IMG/VR virus record: IMGVR_UViG_3300031787_000011 | From: a virus | Strand: one strand, 5' to 3' | DNA length: 64,000 bases | Part shown: in pieces, positions 16,731-26,920 of the stretch | How the letters are laid out: the number at the start of each line of letters is the position of its first letter | Position numbering within the stretch: position 1 is the first letter of the stretch | Notes under the pieces: model-generated | Told to the model about the DNA's origin: nothing | The model's database searches: none | Seen by the model: the letters and a program-made list of their open reading frames with translations, nothing else | Translations under genes and position numbers: made by a program

Positions 16731-17445
16731 TGTAAGCGCCTATCTATCATCTATTAGACCTTATCGTTGGATGAGAATCCACGAAATGTTAGCCAAAACA
16801 GGATTAAGCTTTGAAATCGTTATCGTAGGGCCAAACGAGCCAGATTTTAGTTTGCCGAACGAGATTCGTTTTTATAAAAGCAATGTCAAGCCATCTCAGT
16901 GTTTCCATGCAGCAGCGTCAATGTGTACTGGAGAAACACTTTTGCAAGTCGTTGACGATATAGAGTATTCTGATGGCGGAATAGAAACAATGTATAAAGC
17001 GGTTTCCGGTAAAGATAATGTCATGGCAACATGCAAGTATTTCCAAAACGGCAGTTCTAATATTTATAACCAAAATATTTCTGGCAATATTCTAAATTTA
17101 TCTTATCTTCCATTGCTTCCAGTTTGCGGATTGTATAGACGCCATGTTTTCAATGATTTAGGCGGTATTGACAAGAGGTTCAATGGAGTCATGGGAGAAC
17201 TTGATTTGTATATGAGAATGAGTGTCGCCGGATACACTACTGTTTTCGTTGATTTTATTTGTAACGAAAATACAGAGCATCAAGTTAAGGAGTCGACAAG
17301 TCTATGCGGCAAATTTTGGGATCAAGATAGGCCGAAATTTATGCAATTATGGTCCACCTCTGGAGTTCTTTATCCAATCAGAAATGATATAGTTAGAAAA
17401 TATTCAGACATAGACATTCTTTCAGTAGATCAAAATTATGAATAA
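16720..17445 (+). CDS. GT-A fold (GT2-like) glycosyltransferase
   Basis: FEIVIV, QVVDD and LGGIDKRF...ELDLYMR. Confidence 0.7.
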   Translation: MPPNVSAYLSSIRPYRWMRIHEMLAKTGLSFEIVIVGPNEPDFSLPNEIRFYKSNVKPSQCFHAAASMCTGETLLQVVDDIEYSDGGIETMYKAVSGKDNVMATCKYFQNGSSNIYNQNISGNILNLSYLPLLPVCGLYRRHVFNDLGGIDKRFNGVMGELDLYMRMSVAGYTTVFVDFICNENTEHQVKESTSLCGKFWDQDRPKFMQLWSTSGVLYPIRNDIVRKYSDIDILSVDQNYE

Positions 17446-18373
17446 CACTAATTACTTTGAAAGCAAAAAAGTATTAGTCACTGGAGCCTCTGGCGTTTTG
17501 GGATACAATCTTTGCAAAAGATTATTTTCTATTCCATTCTGTGATGTGCATGTAAATTATTTAAATCCTCCAGGACCAAATTTCAAAGATCTTTTAAAAG
17601 CTTCCAACCACCACATATTTGATATAACAGATTTAGAAAAGATTAATGCTTTGCCTAAATTTGACATTATATTTCATTGCTCTGGATATGGGCAACCGCA
17701 GAAATTTATAAAAAACCCAAATAAAACCTTTGCTCTAAACACTTTGTCTTTGCAAAATTTAGTTTGCAAAGCTACCGAACAATTTATTTTTATCAGCACA
17801 AGTGAAGTGTATTCCGAAAGCGAAGGAAATTCAGAAGAATCAAATATAACTATCAATCCATCAAATACTAGAAATTGTTATATTTTAAGTAAGCTATTTG
17901 GAGAATCTTTGCTTGCTTTTGGTGATCCAAATCTAAATCATAAATCAATTAGACTTTGTTTATGCTACGGCCCAGGATTTAAAAAAGACGACAAGAGGGT
18001 CCTATCTGAATTTATCATTAAAGGTTGCGAAAATAACGAGATATCACTATTGGACGAAGGCTCTGCTTTAAGAAGCTATATTTACGTGGATGATTGTATA
18101 GAAGGTATTCTAAATATTGCAACAAAAGGCAAGCACAACATATATAATATAGGCGGCAAAGATCTATTGTCTATTAAAGAATTGGCGGAATCTATTGGAG
18201 ATATTTTAGGCTGTCAAGTAAAAATAGGAGATAAGAAAAACAAATTAGCAAATAGCCCAAACAAAGCTTGCGTAGACATTTCTAGATACGAGCAAGAATT
18301 TGGTAAACTAAATAAAACATCATTGCAAGACGGACTCAAAAAATGCATTAAATGGTACAAAAATTATGTTTAA
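17438..18373 (+). CDS. NAD-dependent nucleotide-sugar epimerase/dehydratase (extended SDR)
   Basis: VLVTGASGVLG, STSEVY and YILSK (YxxxK). Confidence 0.9.
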   Translation: MNNTNYFESKKVLVTGASGVLGYNLCKRLFSIPFCDVHVNYLNPPGPNFKDLLKASNHHIFDITDLEKINALPKFDIIFHCSGYGQPQKFIKNPNKTFALNTLSLQNLVCKATEQFIFISTSEVYSESEGNSEESNITINPSNTRNCYILSKLFGESLLAFGDPNLNHKSIRLCLCYGPGFKKDDKRVLSEFIIKGCENNEISLLDEGSALRSYIYVDDCIEGILNIATKGKHNIYNIGGKDLLSIKELAESIGDILGCQVKIGDKKNKLANSPNKACVDISRYEQEFGKLNKTSLQDGLKKCIKWYKNYV

Positions 18374-19277
18374 AGTTATACCTCAAGACATTCAAAGCAG
18401 ATACTCTCACCAAATAAGCCCTTTATTAATTTCTAAAATTAATAACTCTGAATTGCTATACGAGCCTTTGGATTCTGTCGAACTCCATAATTATATAGTC
18501 AATTATATTAATGTTTTATCATCGGACTTGATAAGGGCTGGAGAAGGCCGCATCTCTCATTGGGAAAGTGGATGGAAAGAAAATCTAGAAGAATTTAAAA
18601 AGACTTTAAACCCAGAATCTTTGATACCCAAGTATCACAAAAAAAATAATATTGCAAGACTTAACAAACAAATAATTAAAACCCATTCTAAAGATTTTGA
18701 TTATCATTTGCATTCTTTTTTTGTTGACGCTTTACTCCTTGAGCATATTCCAAACTACGACAAGATTTTCGAATTTGGATGCGGTACAGGATATCACTTA
18801 TTTAGACTAAACAAATACTTTTCTGATAAGCTTTATCACGGAGGAGATTGGAGCGTTGCGTCTCAGAACAATATAGCGGAGTGCTCCAACGCAATCGGAT
18901 CACACAATATCAAAGGCTTTAATTTTAATTATTTCGAGCCAGATTATTCTATTGATATTAAAGATTCACTTATCTATACCGTCGCGTCTTTGGAGCAAAT
19001 AGGAGAGAAGCATGATAAAGTGCTTGAATATTTTGTTAATAGTAAGCCCGGCTTGTGCATTCATTTTGAACCGATTCACGAAGTCTTAGATCCAGAAAAT
19101 ATTCTTGATTATTTAACTATTCAATATTTTAACAAGAGAAATTACCTAAAAAACTATCTGACTTCTTTGAGAAAACTAGAATCAGAAGGCAAAATTAGAA
19201 TTTTAGACACTAGAAGACTATATTATGGTAGCAAGTTTATTGAAGGACATACTGTAATCATATGGAAACCAGTTTAA
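18366..19277 (+). CDS. Class I SAM-dependent methyltransferase
   Basis: IFEFGCGTG motif I; SLEQ and HFEP motifs. Confidence 0.8.
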   Translation: MFKVIPQDIQSRYSHQISPLLISKINNSELLYEPLDSVELHNYIVNYINVLSSDLIRAGEGRISHWESGWKENLEEFKKTLNPESLIPKYHKKNNIARLNKQIIKTHSKDFDYHLHSFFVDALLLEHIPNYDKIFEFGCGTGYHLFRLNKYFSDKLYHGGDWSVASQNNIAECSNAIGSHNIKGFNFNYFEPDYSIDIKDSLIYTVASLEQIGEKHDKVLEYFVNSKPGLCIHFEPIHEVLDPENILDYLTIQYFNKRNYLKNYLTSLRKLESEGKIRILDTRRLYYGSKFIEGHTVIIWKPV

Positions 19278-19744
19278 AAGATATAAAAGAGTTTAAATTT
19301 GATAGCTTCGAAGATTTTCGAGGAGAAATTTTCACAACATATAAAGATTCTTTGGATGGCAAAAAGTTTGACCACGATAAGGTTTGCATTAGATATAAAA
19401 ACTGCCTAGTAGGAATCCATGGAGATTTTAATACTTGGAAGCTTGTATCTTGTTTATATGGAAGGGTTCATGCTGTGTTCGTAGATAATAGACCAGAATC
19501 TAAAGACTACAATAAACACATAACTAAAATTTTAAGCAATGAAAATAAAAAAGCTATCCTTTTGCCTCCTGGCATAGGTAATAGTTTTTATGTTTTATCA
19601 GATGTTTGTGTTTATGATTATAAACTATCTTATACTGGAGAATATACTGATTGCGACAAACAATTTACTTTAAAATGGAATGATCCAAAATATAATATTC
19701 ATTGGCCTTCTAATAATCCAATTCTAAGCGAAAGAGATAAATAA
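19262..19744 (+). CDS. rmlC: dTDP-4-dehydrorhamnose 3,5-epimerase family (RmlC-like cupin)
   Basis: FEDFRG, GIHG, KLVSCLYG, VDNRPES, WNDP...WP...PILSERD. Confidence 0.85.
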   Translation: METSLKDIKEFKFDSFEDFRGEIFTTYKDSLDGKKFDHDKVCIRYKNCLVGIHGDFNTWKLVSCLYGRVHAVFVDNRPESKDYNKHITKILSNENKKAILLPPGIGNSFYVLSDVCVYDYKLSYTGEYTDCDKQFTLKWNDPKYNIHWPSNNPILSERDK

Positions 19745-20874
19745 TGAATAATATTGTCATCACTGGAGTAACCGGGCAGGACGGAGCGAACATGGTTGAA
19801 TATTTGCTCGAAAAAACTAATTATAATATCCATGGCGTTGCCAGAAGAGCATCTAATCCCAATTATATAAATTGCCAAAAGTTCATAAACAATCCAAGAT
19901 TTAAATTTATATATGGAGATCTTTCTGATGCTGTTAGTATAGACGGCATTATTCAATCTTTAAAGCCTGATTATTTTATTAATTTTGGCGCCCAATCCTT
20001 TGTTGGGTGTAGCTGGGAAATACCCTTGCAAACATTCGACACAAATGCTACTGGAGTTGCAAGATGCTTGGAGGCTATCCGCAGACTTCATCCTAAGTGC
20101 AGATTTTATTCCGCTGGTTCTAGCGAGGAATTTGGCGACGTAGCCTATTCTCCACAAGACATTTATCATCCAATCAGAGCCAGAAGCCCATATGGAGCCT
20201 CCAAAGCCGCAGCAAGACACTTAGTTAAAGTATACAGGGAATCTTATAATTTGTACGCTGTCCATGGAATTTTATTTAATCACGAAGGAACAAAGCGAGG
20301 AGAAGAATTTGTAACAAGAAAAATATCTAAAGGTGTAGCCAGAATATATCACGCTATTAAAAACGGAAAAACGTTTGATCCGATTGAATTAGGAAATCTG
20401 GACGCTAAAAGAGATTGGTCTGACTCAGAAGACTTTGTCGATGGCGTTTGGAAAATGTTAAATCAAGAAAATTTTAGATATGATCTACAGCCTGAATTGT
20501 ATAGAGAGCAATCATATTGTAAATCCATGATTCGGAGTTTAAAAGATTACGTTCTTTCTAGCAATGAAACTCATTCTATTAGAGAATTTATTGAAATTGC
20601 ATTTAATGAAATTGGAATTGAAGGAGTTTGGCACGGAACTGGAATTTTAGAAGAATATAGTATTTCTACAAAATATGCCATCGCAAACGATCCGCTTTCT
20701 TCAGTTTTAATTAAAGTAAATGAAAAATTTTATAGACCAGCAGAAGTTGACCTGTTGATGGGCGATTCTACGCCAGCCAGAACAGAATTAAATTGGCTTC
20801 CAAAAACCGATTTTAAAGGCTTGGTGAAAAAGATGGTCGCCCACGACATATCCCTCCTTGACAAATCGCCATGA
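19744..20874 (+). CDS. gmd: GDP-mannose 4,6-dehydratase
   Basis: ITGVTGQDG, AQSFV, SPYGASK, GILFNHE, FVTRKI, LGNLDAKRDW and RPAEVDLLMGD. Confidence 0.95.
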   Translation: MNNIVITGVTGQDGANMVEYLLEKTNYNIHGVARRASNPNYINCQKFINNPRFKFIYGDLSDAVSIDGIIQSLKPDYFINFGAQSFVGCSWEIPLQTFDTNATGVARCLEAIRRLHPKCRFYSAGSSEEFGDVAYSPQDIYHPIRARSPYGASKAAARHLVKVYRESYNLYAVHGILFNHEGTKRGEEFVTRKISKGVARIYHAIKNGKTFDPIELGNLDAKRDWSDSEDFVDGVWKMLNQENFRYDLQPELYREQSYCKSMIRSLKDYVLSSNETHSIREFIEIAFNEIGIEGVWHGTGILEEYSISTKYAIANDPLSSVLIKVNEKFYRPAEVDLLMGDSTPARTELNWLPKTDFKGLVKKMVAHDISLLDKSP

Positions 20875-20886
20875 TCAGGTGATACT
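20858..20886 (+). promoter_or_regulatory. sigma70-type promoter for the recombination/replication operon
   Basis: TTGACA (20858-20863), 17 nt, GATACT (20881-20886); GTG at 20893. Confidence 0.65.
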
Positions 20887-20892
20887 AGGCGG

Positions 20893-21252
20893 GTGACTGC
20901 GAAAGCCAAAAAGCCTAGAAAGCTAAGTAAGCAACAGCAATTAATCATAAATTTCTTATTAGAAACTAAGTCTTGTAATTGGCCTAACGAGATGCGAATT
21001 GCAAATATGCTTATTAAAGAGCATGGCTTTGAGTGGCTCATGAGTCTTAGAGGCAGGACCAAGGTTATATCACTTGTTTGGTTTTTGGGCGAAAACGGGA
21101 AAAATTTTCTAAGAGATATCAAAAAATATCAATCCCTTTCTTTTGAAAAAGAGAAGATAATTCTAGAAGATAAACCTGTCGCTCCAGAAGTTGAAGTAAA
21201 TAAAAAACCAACCTCAATCAAAGAGTTTTTAAATCTTTTTAACAAAAAATAA
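20893..21252 (+). CDS. Hypothetical basic protein
   Basis: 119-aa ORF heading the recA operon. Confidence 0.7.
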   Translation: MTAKAKKPRKLSKQQQLIINFLLETKSCNWPNEMRIANMLIKEHGFEWLMSLRGRTKVISLVWFLGENGKNFLRDIKKYQSLSFEKEKIILEDKPVAPEVEVNKKPTSIKEFLNLFNKK

Positions 21253-21253
21253 T

Positions 21254-22369
21254 ATGGCAAGACCCAAGAAAGAAGTGCAAGAAGTAGCAGAAGAATCAAA
21301 CGTTTCAGGAAAACTAAGGGTTCTAGATAGCATCCTAAGCCGCAACAAAGATCACCATTATGCTTTTGATAATAATATTGATTATGTCGTCAGCAGCGGC
21401 AGTTTGACTCTCGATATTGAAATGGGCGGTGGCATTCACCCCGGTATAGTGCGGTCTTCTGGAATCACTGAAGGAGGCAAGACCAGCAACGCTTTGGCTT
21501 TCGCTAGGAACTTCCAACTTCTTCATCCAGAAAAGGGGTGCGTAATTTACATCAAATCCGAAGGTAGACTTAGCGAGAACATCATCTCTAGGTCTGGCAT
21601 AAATACTGACCCATCTAAATGGAGAGTTATTCCTACTAACGATTACGAATTTGTAATTGATACGATGCGCGAACTAATCAAAGACAATGACGATGGAAAT
21701 CTTTATTTCTTTGTCCTTGACAGTCTTGATGCTTTAGTGCCTAGAAATGATTTGGCTAAATCAGCTACAGAAGCAAATAAAACTGCTGGCGCAGCATTGT
21801 TGACAGCCGATCTTCTTCGCAAGATGGCAGCGGCGTTTTCTTCTAGGGGGCATATTTGTTTTATAATTTCTCAAGTTCGCTCTTCTATTAAAATCAATCC
21901 TTATGAAAAAGGTGATCCAAAGGTCACCAATGCAAGCGGCGGAAACGCTGCCCTGCACTATTCAGACTGGATCCTCGAATTTCAACAACGCTGGAATAAG
22001 GATTTCATCTATGCGAACGCCAAAGGAGATGGTAATCCTGTCGGTCATTGGTGTAAAATTTCATTTAAGAAAACCCCAAATGAAAAGTCTGGCAGAGAAG
22101 TTCGTTACCCAATCAAATATGGCCGCTCTAACGGATCAAGTGTTTGGGTCGAATATGAGATTGTAGATCAACTTTTGGCCTGGGAGTTTGCCCATGCTAA
22201 AGGCGCTTGGATTACTATTACTGATGAGCTTATTAAAGAGCTTGCTGATAACAGTTTAGAAATGCCAAAGCAACATCAAGGAGAAGCCAATCTCAAAAAC
22301 TTCCTTGAAGAGCATCAAGATATAACAAAATATCTATTTAATAAATTCATAAGCGCTCTTAAAAAGTGA
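21254..22369 (+). CDS. RecA/UvsX-like recombinase
   Basis: SSGSLTLDIEMGGGI, Walker A GITEGGKTS, Walker B FVLDSLDALVP, ISQVR and SGGNAALHYS. Confidence 0.9.
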   Translation: MARPKKEVQEVAEESNVSGKLRVLDSILSRNKDHHYAFDNNIDYVVSSGSLTLDIEMGGGIHPGIVRSSGITEGGKTSNALAFARNFQLLHPEKGCVIYIKSEGRLSENIISRSGINTDPSKWRVIPTNDYEFVIDTMRELIKDNDDGNLYFFVLDSLDALVPRNDLAKSATEANKTAGAALLTADLLRKMAAAFSSRGHICFIISQVRSSIKINPYEKGDPKVTNASGGNAALHYSDWILEFQQRWNKDFIYANAKGDGNPVGHWCKISFKKTPNEKSGREVRYPIKYGRSNGSSVWVEYEIVDQLLAWEFAHAKGAWITITDELIKELADNSLEMPKQHQGEANLKNFLEEHQDITKYLFNKFISALKK

Positions 22370-22782
22370 AGCTTTATAATGTCTATGGAAAGGTGGTTAG
22401 CAAAAACGTCTCTCAATATTTGATTGACTGGGATGCTACCTCTCGATCCAAAGTACAATTTAATACAAAACAATTCCTAAGAACCTATTGGAAAAACCAC
22501 ATAGTGTATGAGGAGTTCCCCGTATTCGGCTCTAGGCTAAAAGTAGATATCGTTAACGCTACCCTAAGAATAGCTGTCGAAGTCCACGGCAAACAACATA
22601 CATCTTATAATAAATTTTTCCACGGTGAATCTCGTCTTAATTATTTAAAGTCTATTAAAAGAGATGTCGCTAAAGAAAAGTGGCTATCTATAAATAAATT
22701 TCAACTTGTAGAGATTTATGAAAATGAAGTCAAAGATCTTTCCGCACAATTTTTTAAAGACAAATTCAATATAATTCTTTAA
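22366..22782 (+). CDS. PD-(D/E)xK endonuclease (DUF559/Vsr-like)
   Basis: EEFP...KVDIV...IAVEVHGKQH...RD..K..W pattern. Confidence 0.75.
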   Translation: MKLYNVYGKVVSKNVSQYLIDWDATSRSKVQFNTKQFLRTYWKNHIVYEEFPVFGSRLKVDIVNATLRIAVEVHGKQHTSYNKFFHGESRLNYLKSIKRDVAKEKWLSINKFQLVEIYENEVKDLSAQFFKDKFNIIL

Positions 22783-24245
22783 TGGCTATATATTCTCTAC
22801 AGGTAGAAAAATATGTTTTATCTGGCCTTATCAGGCATCCAGCTTCATTTGCTGACATAGAAAATTTCATTAGTGAAAGCGATTTTATTAATGATGTTCA
22901 TTATACAATCTTTTGCGTTTTTAAGGAGACATTTAATAAAGGTGAGCAGATCGATAAGGTTCTTATTTCTCAAAAATGCAAGAATCTTGGGATTACATTC
23001 AAAGACCAATCTATTGACATTTTCAATTATGTTAATAGTATTTGCTTAATTCCCACCTCTCAAGCTGGCCTTATCGAAGGAGCCAAAGAACTTCTTAAAC
23101 TTCGCATCAGAAGAGAGATAGAGCAAACAGGTGATGAAATCAAAAAATTTGCTAATTCTTGCGCTGAAAAACCGATTGAAGAAATCATAACAGAGTCTGA
23201 TAAGATTTATAATAGTAAAATTTGCACTTATGCCTCTGAAAATAATAAACCAGAAGACATAACAAATAATGTCATAGAAATTATTGAAGAGCGCGGCAAT
23301 AATCCAATTGAAGATACTGGACTAACTAGCCCTTACGCTAATTTCAATCGTCTTTACGGTGGGATTCGCCCTGGTAATCTTTACGCTTGGGTTAGTAGAC
23401 CGAAGCACGGCAAATCAACTATTCTTAATGATCTTGCGATTAAGATTACTTCAATCAACAAAGGATGTAAGGCCCTTGTTCTTGACACTGAAATGTCTAC
23501 AATAGACATGAAGTTCAGAATAGCTTCGTCTCTAACCGGAATCCCAGTGTGGTATCTCGAAACAGGAAACTGGAAAAAGAATAATAATCTATATCAAAAA
23601 TTCGAACAAAGCAAGGATAAGATTCGCGCCCTTAATAATCAAGTTGATCATTTGCAAGTCGCAGGCAAACCAATTGAAGAAGTTGTTTCTATTGTCAAAC
23701 GTTGGTATTTTTCTAAAGTAGGTCGCGGTAATCAATGCGTTGTTGTTTACGATTATATTAAATTAACCGGCGAATCAGATAAGAACAAACAAGAATATCA
23801 GTTGATCGGTGAAAAAGTAAATGCTTTAAAAGAGCTTTGCTCAGAACTTAATATTCCTATTCTTACTGCTTGCCAATTAAATCGCACTGCAGAAAGCGGC
23901 GTTGATGACAGTAGCGCGATCTCTCAATCTGATCGCTTACAATGGTTTGCTTCATTTGTGGCTATTTTTAGACGCAAGAGCGTAGAGGAAATCGCTGACG
24001 ACGGCCCAGAATTTGGATCACATAAACTTATACCATTAGCTACCCGTTTCCAAGGTAAAGATTCTGCTGGTCATCATGATTTAGTTAGAATCCAAGAAGG
24101 CAAAAAGGTAAAGTACATGCCTAATTATATAAGTTTTGATATTAATAACTTTAACGTGCAAGAGACTGGAACTCTTGAGGATATTTTGTCTGCAAGAGCT
24201 TTGAAGCCCGAACTTGACGATTCTGGCGATGGCGAAGTTTTATGA
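22782..24245 (+). CDS. dnaB: DnaB-like replicative helicase
   Basis: SRPKHGKST, DTEMS, VYDYIKL, ACQLNR; N-terminal DnaB domain present. Confidence 0.92.
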   Translation: MAIYSLQVEKYVLSGLIRHPASFADIENFISESDFINDVHYTIFCVFKETFNKGEQIDKVLISQKCKNLGITFKDQSIDIFNYVNSICLIPTSQAGLIEGAKELLKLRIRREIEQTGDEIKKFANSCAEKPIEEIITESDKIYNSKICTYASENNKPEDITNNVIEIIEERGNNPIEDTGLTSPYANFNRLYGGIRPGNLYAWVSRPKHGKSTILNDLAIKITSINKGCKALVLDTEMSTIDMKFRIASSLTGIPVWYLETGNWKKNNNLYQKFEQSKDKIRALNNQVDHLQVAGKPIEEVVSIVKRWYFSKVGRGNQCVVVYDYIKLTGESDKNKQEYQLIGEKVNALKELCSELNIPILTACQLNRTAESGVDDSSAISQSDRLQWFASFVAIFRRKSVEEIADDGPEFGSHKLIPLATRFQGKDSAGHHDLVRIQEGKKVKYMPNYISFDINNFNVQETGTLEDILSARALKPELDDSGDGEVL

Positions 24246-25177
24246 ATGACTGCGAATCTGTAAAAAAAATACTCACTGACATAGGGTATAGTTTAACTGA
24301 TCATGGCCGAGAATATAGAACAAGGCCTCTTTATCGAGACTCCGGTAACGATAACGTATTAAGAATATGGAAAAATTCTGGTCAATGGGTTGACTTCAAG
24401 GAAAACATCAGCGGATCTATAGAAGATTTAGTAAAACTTACCTTAAAACTTAAAACAATAGATGAAGCCAAGAAGTGGATTTCAGAAAAAGGAATAGACA
24501 CATCTTATTCTGAAGACCATCAGCAAAGAGTTACGACCACCCAGACAACTATTTTTGATAAATCTTTATTGATAAAGTTGTCGAGAGATGATACTTATTG
24601 GGAAGGAAGAGGTATTTCAAGTCAAACGCTTCAGCCTTTTCAGGGCGGCGTAGCTTCGACTGGTAAAATGTTTAATAGATATGTTTTCCCTATTTTTAAT
24701 TGTAAAGATGAAATAGTTGGATTTGCTGGCAGGGATGTCTCTAAGACAAGTCTAGAAGGTCGTCCGAAATGGAAGCTTATTGGAGATAAAAAAGAGTGGG
24801 CTTTTCCACTAAAAGTTAACGCTAAAGATATAAAATCTTCTAAGATAATTATTTTGGTTGAAAGCATAGGAGATATGTTGGCTCTTAGAGAAAATGGAAT
24901 CAATAATTCAATCGTATCTTTTGGCCTAAATCTATCTCCTAAAATTATCTACTCTTTAATTGGTTATAACCCTAAAAAAATTATCATTGCTTTTAATGAT
25001 GATTCCTTTAATAATGCTGCCGGAAATCTAGCCGCAGAGTCAGCGCACCAAAGACTTTTAAACTACTTTGATCCTAGTCAAGTACAAATCAAGCTGCCAT
25101 TTGGAGCAAAAGATTTCGGAGAAATGCATTTAAAAGATAGATCTTTAATTTCTAACTGGTATAATTCTATCCAATGA
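24242..25177 (+). CDS. DnaG-like primase (TOPRIM)
   Basis: RYVFPIFN...IVGFAGR...PKW, ILVESIGDMLAL, IAFNDD and KDFGEM. Confidence 0.85.
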   Translation: MNDCESVKKILTDIGYSLTDHGREYRTRPLYRDSGNDNVLRIWKNSGQWVDFKENISGSIEDLVKLTLKLKTIDEAKKWISEKGIDTSYSEDHQQRVTTTQTTIFDKSLLIKLSRDDTYWEGRGISSQTLQPFQGGVASTGKMFNRYVFPIFNCKDEIVGFAGRDVSKTSLEGRPKWKLIGDKKEWAFPLKVNAKDIKSSKIIILVESIGDMLALRENGINNSIVSFGLNLSPKIIYSLIGYNPKKIIIAFNDDSFNNAAGNLAAESAHQRLLNYFDPSQVQIKLPFGAKDFGEMHLKDRSLISNWYNSIQ

Positions 25178-26121
25178 GCAACGTAGAAAAAGTAAAGCTG
25201 AGTGCTAGTAAAATCAAAACTGCTGAAGGATGCAGTTGGCTTTACTATACAAAATATATTCTCAAGCTACCTGACATATCAAACTCTGGAGCATCTAGAG
25301 GAACAATTTGTCATTTAATTTTTGAGCTTCTCTTAACTGACAGGCACAAGAAGTATTTTGAAGACCTATGCTCTGGTAAAGCTGGTGTTATTAAAAATCC
25401 AGCTATTCATAGGCTTATTCTAAAGCATGCCAAAAAACTAAAAGTAGACGATGAAGAGAATCTAGATTTGATTTATAACATGATTCAGACTGGTCTTCAA
25501 AGCGACTTTTTTTGCAATGGAGCGTTGCTTGTAGAAGCAGAGTCTGAGTTCAAGCTAGAAGAAGATGACTACATTATAAATGGCTTTATCGACAAGCTTG
25601 CAAAATTCAGCGACACAGAATATAAAATATACGACTACAAATCAAGCAAGGGAAAATTCTCCAAAGAAGAGATTGACTTTAATTTGCAAAATTTGATGTA
25701 TTCTTTAGCTGTATTTAAGACTAAAGGATATATTCCAGATGTATCTTTTATATTTCTTAAGTTTAAAAAACAGCCTATTCAAGAAGCGCCCAAGCCGACC
25801 GCAGAACAGCTAGAAGGCTTCAAGGCTTATTTAAGCTATGTTGCTGGTTATATTTCTTCTTTCGACGAAAAGAAAGCTATAGAAAATCTTGCCGCAAGCT
25901 CCCCAAAGAAAAAATGGATGTGTGGAAGCGATGTTCCCGGCAAGTGGATTTGCCCATCTAGATCTCCAGTTACTTATTATATTGGGGTTGATGAGAATGA
26001 TAAATTCATAAAGTCTTCATTTAAAAAAGAAGATCTAATCAACGACCCAAAGGTAAAGTTAATAAATAAAAAAGACTACAAAGGCTGCCCTTTCTGGAGG
26101 AAAGATGACCCAACTTTCTGA
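25174..26121 (+). CDS. PD-(D/E)xK exonuclease (RecB/Cas4-like)
   Basis: LSASKI...C, GTICH, GFIDKL, IYDYKS, Q...Y; one N-terminal and three C-terminal Cys. Confidence 0.8.
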   Translation: MSNVEKVKLSASKIKTAEGCSWLYYTKYILKLPDISNSGASRGTICHLIFELLLTDRHKKYFEDLCSGKAGVIKNPAIHRLILKHAKKLKVDDEENLDLIYNMIQTGLQSDFFCNGALLVEAESEFKLEEDDYIINGFIDKLAKFSDTEYKIYDYKSSKGKFSKEEIDFNLQNLMYSLAVFKTKGYIPDVSFIFLKFKKQPIQEAPKPTAEQLEGFKAYLSYVAGYISSFDEKKAIENLAASSPKKKWMCGSDVPGKWICPSRSPVTYYIGVDENDKFIKSSFKKEDLINDPKVKLINKKDYKGCPFWRKDDPTF

Positions 26122-26150
26122 TTGACCATCCCTCGAAACACCGCCATAAT
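26122..26150 (+). promoter_or_regulatory. sigma70-type promoter for the polymerase genes
   Basis: TTGACC (26122-26127), 17 nt, CATAAT (26145-26150); ATG at 26156. Confidence 0.7.
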
Positions 26151-26155
26151 CCATC

Positions 26156-26920
26156 ATGTACTCGGCTGTACCTTTATTTAAGTCTCACTATAGTCTCGGT
26201 AAGTCTGTTCTAACGCTTGCGAAAGCCGGATCAAGTGAGCCTGACGAGCCGAGTTCAATAATAGATATAGCCAAGAGGCTAAAGCTTGATAAAGTTTATT
26301 TGGTTGATGATTCTATCTCTGGTTTTCTTGAGGCTTACAAATCTTGCGAAGACGCAAAGTTAAATTTTAGCTTCGGTCTTCGGTTGACTATCTGTGATGA
26401 CATGGATAATAAGACCGCTGAATCCAGAGAAAAAGAGCACAAGGTAATAGTCTTCATTAAAAAATCAGAAGGCTATCAGAATCTTATTAAGATATCTACT
26501 GTAGCAAGCACTAATGGATTTTACTATTATCCGAGAATAGACTGTAAAACTTTAAGAGAGCTTTGGAATAATGAGAATCTTTTGCTTTGCATTCCGTTCT
26601 ACGACTCTTATGTTTACAAAAACAATTTGACTTACAGTATTTGCGCCCCTGACTTCAGCTTCTGCAATCCAACCTATTTTATTGAAGACAATAATCTTCC
26701 GTTTGATGGTATATTAAAGAAGAAAGTAGAGGAAATGGTTCCTGATAAAAATCTTGTAGTCAAAGCTCAGTCTATTTATTACGAAAACAAAGAAGATTTC
26801 TTGGCATACCTTACTTTTAGGTGCATCTCAGAAAGAACAACTTTGAGCAAACCCAATTTAGAGCACTGCTCTTCAAACGAATTCTGCGCCGAATCATTCG
26901 AGGAAAAATATGGAAAATGA
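26156..26920 (+). CDS. Stand-alone PHP domain of DNA polymerase III alpha
   Basis: SHYSLGKS, GYQNLIKIST, FYYYPRID and YYENKED..AY follow the DnaE N-terminal PHP pattern. Confidence 0.85.
   Translation: MYSAVPLFKSHYSLGKSVLTLAKAGSSEPDEPSSIIDIAKRLKLDKVYLVDDSISGFLEAYKSCEDAKLNFSFGLRLTICDDMDNKTAESREKEHKVIVFIKKSEGYQNLIKISTVASTNGFYYYPRIDCKTLRELWNNENLLLCIPFYDSYVYKNNLTYSICAPDFSFCNPTYFIEDNNLPFDGILKKKVEEMVPDKNLVVKAQSIYYENKEDFLAYLTFRCISERTTLSKPNLEHCSSNEFCAESFEEKYGK

Noticed and set aside
25174-26121. CRISPR-Cas system suggested by the Cas4-like nuclease
   Set aside because: No repeat-spacer array or other cas genes; stand-alone Cas4-like nucleases are common in phage replication modules.
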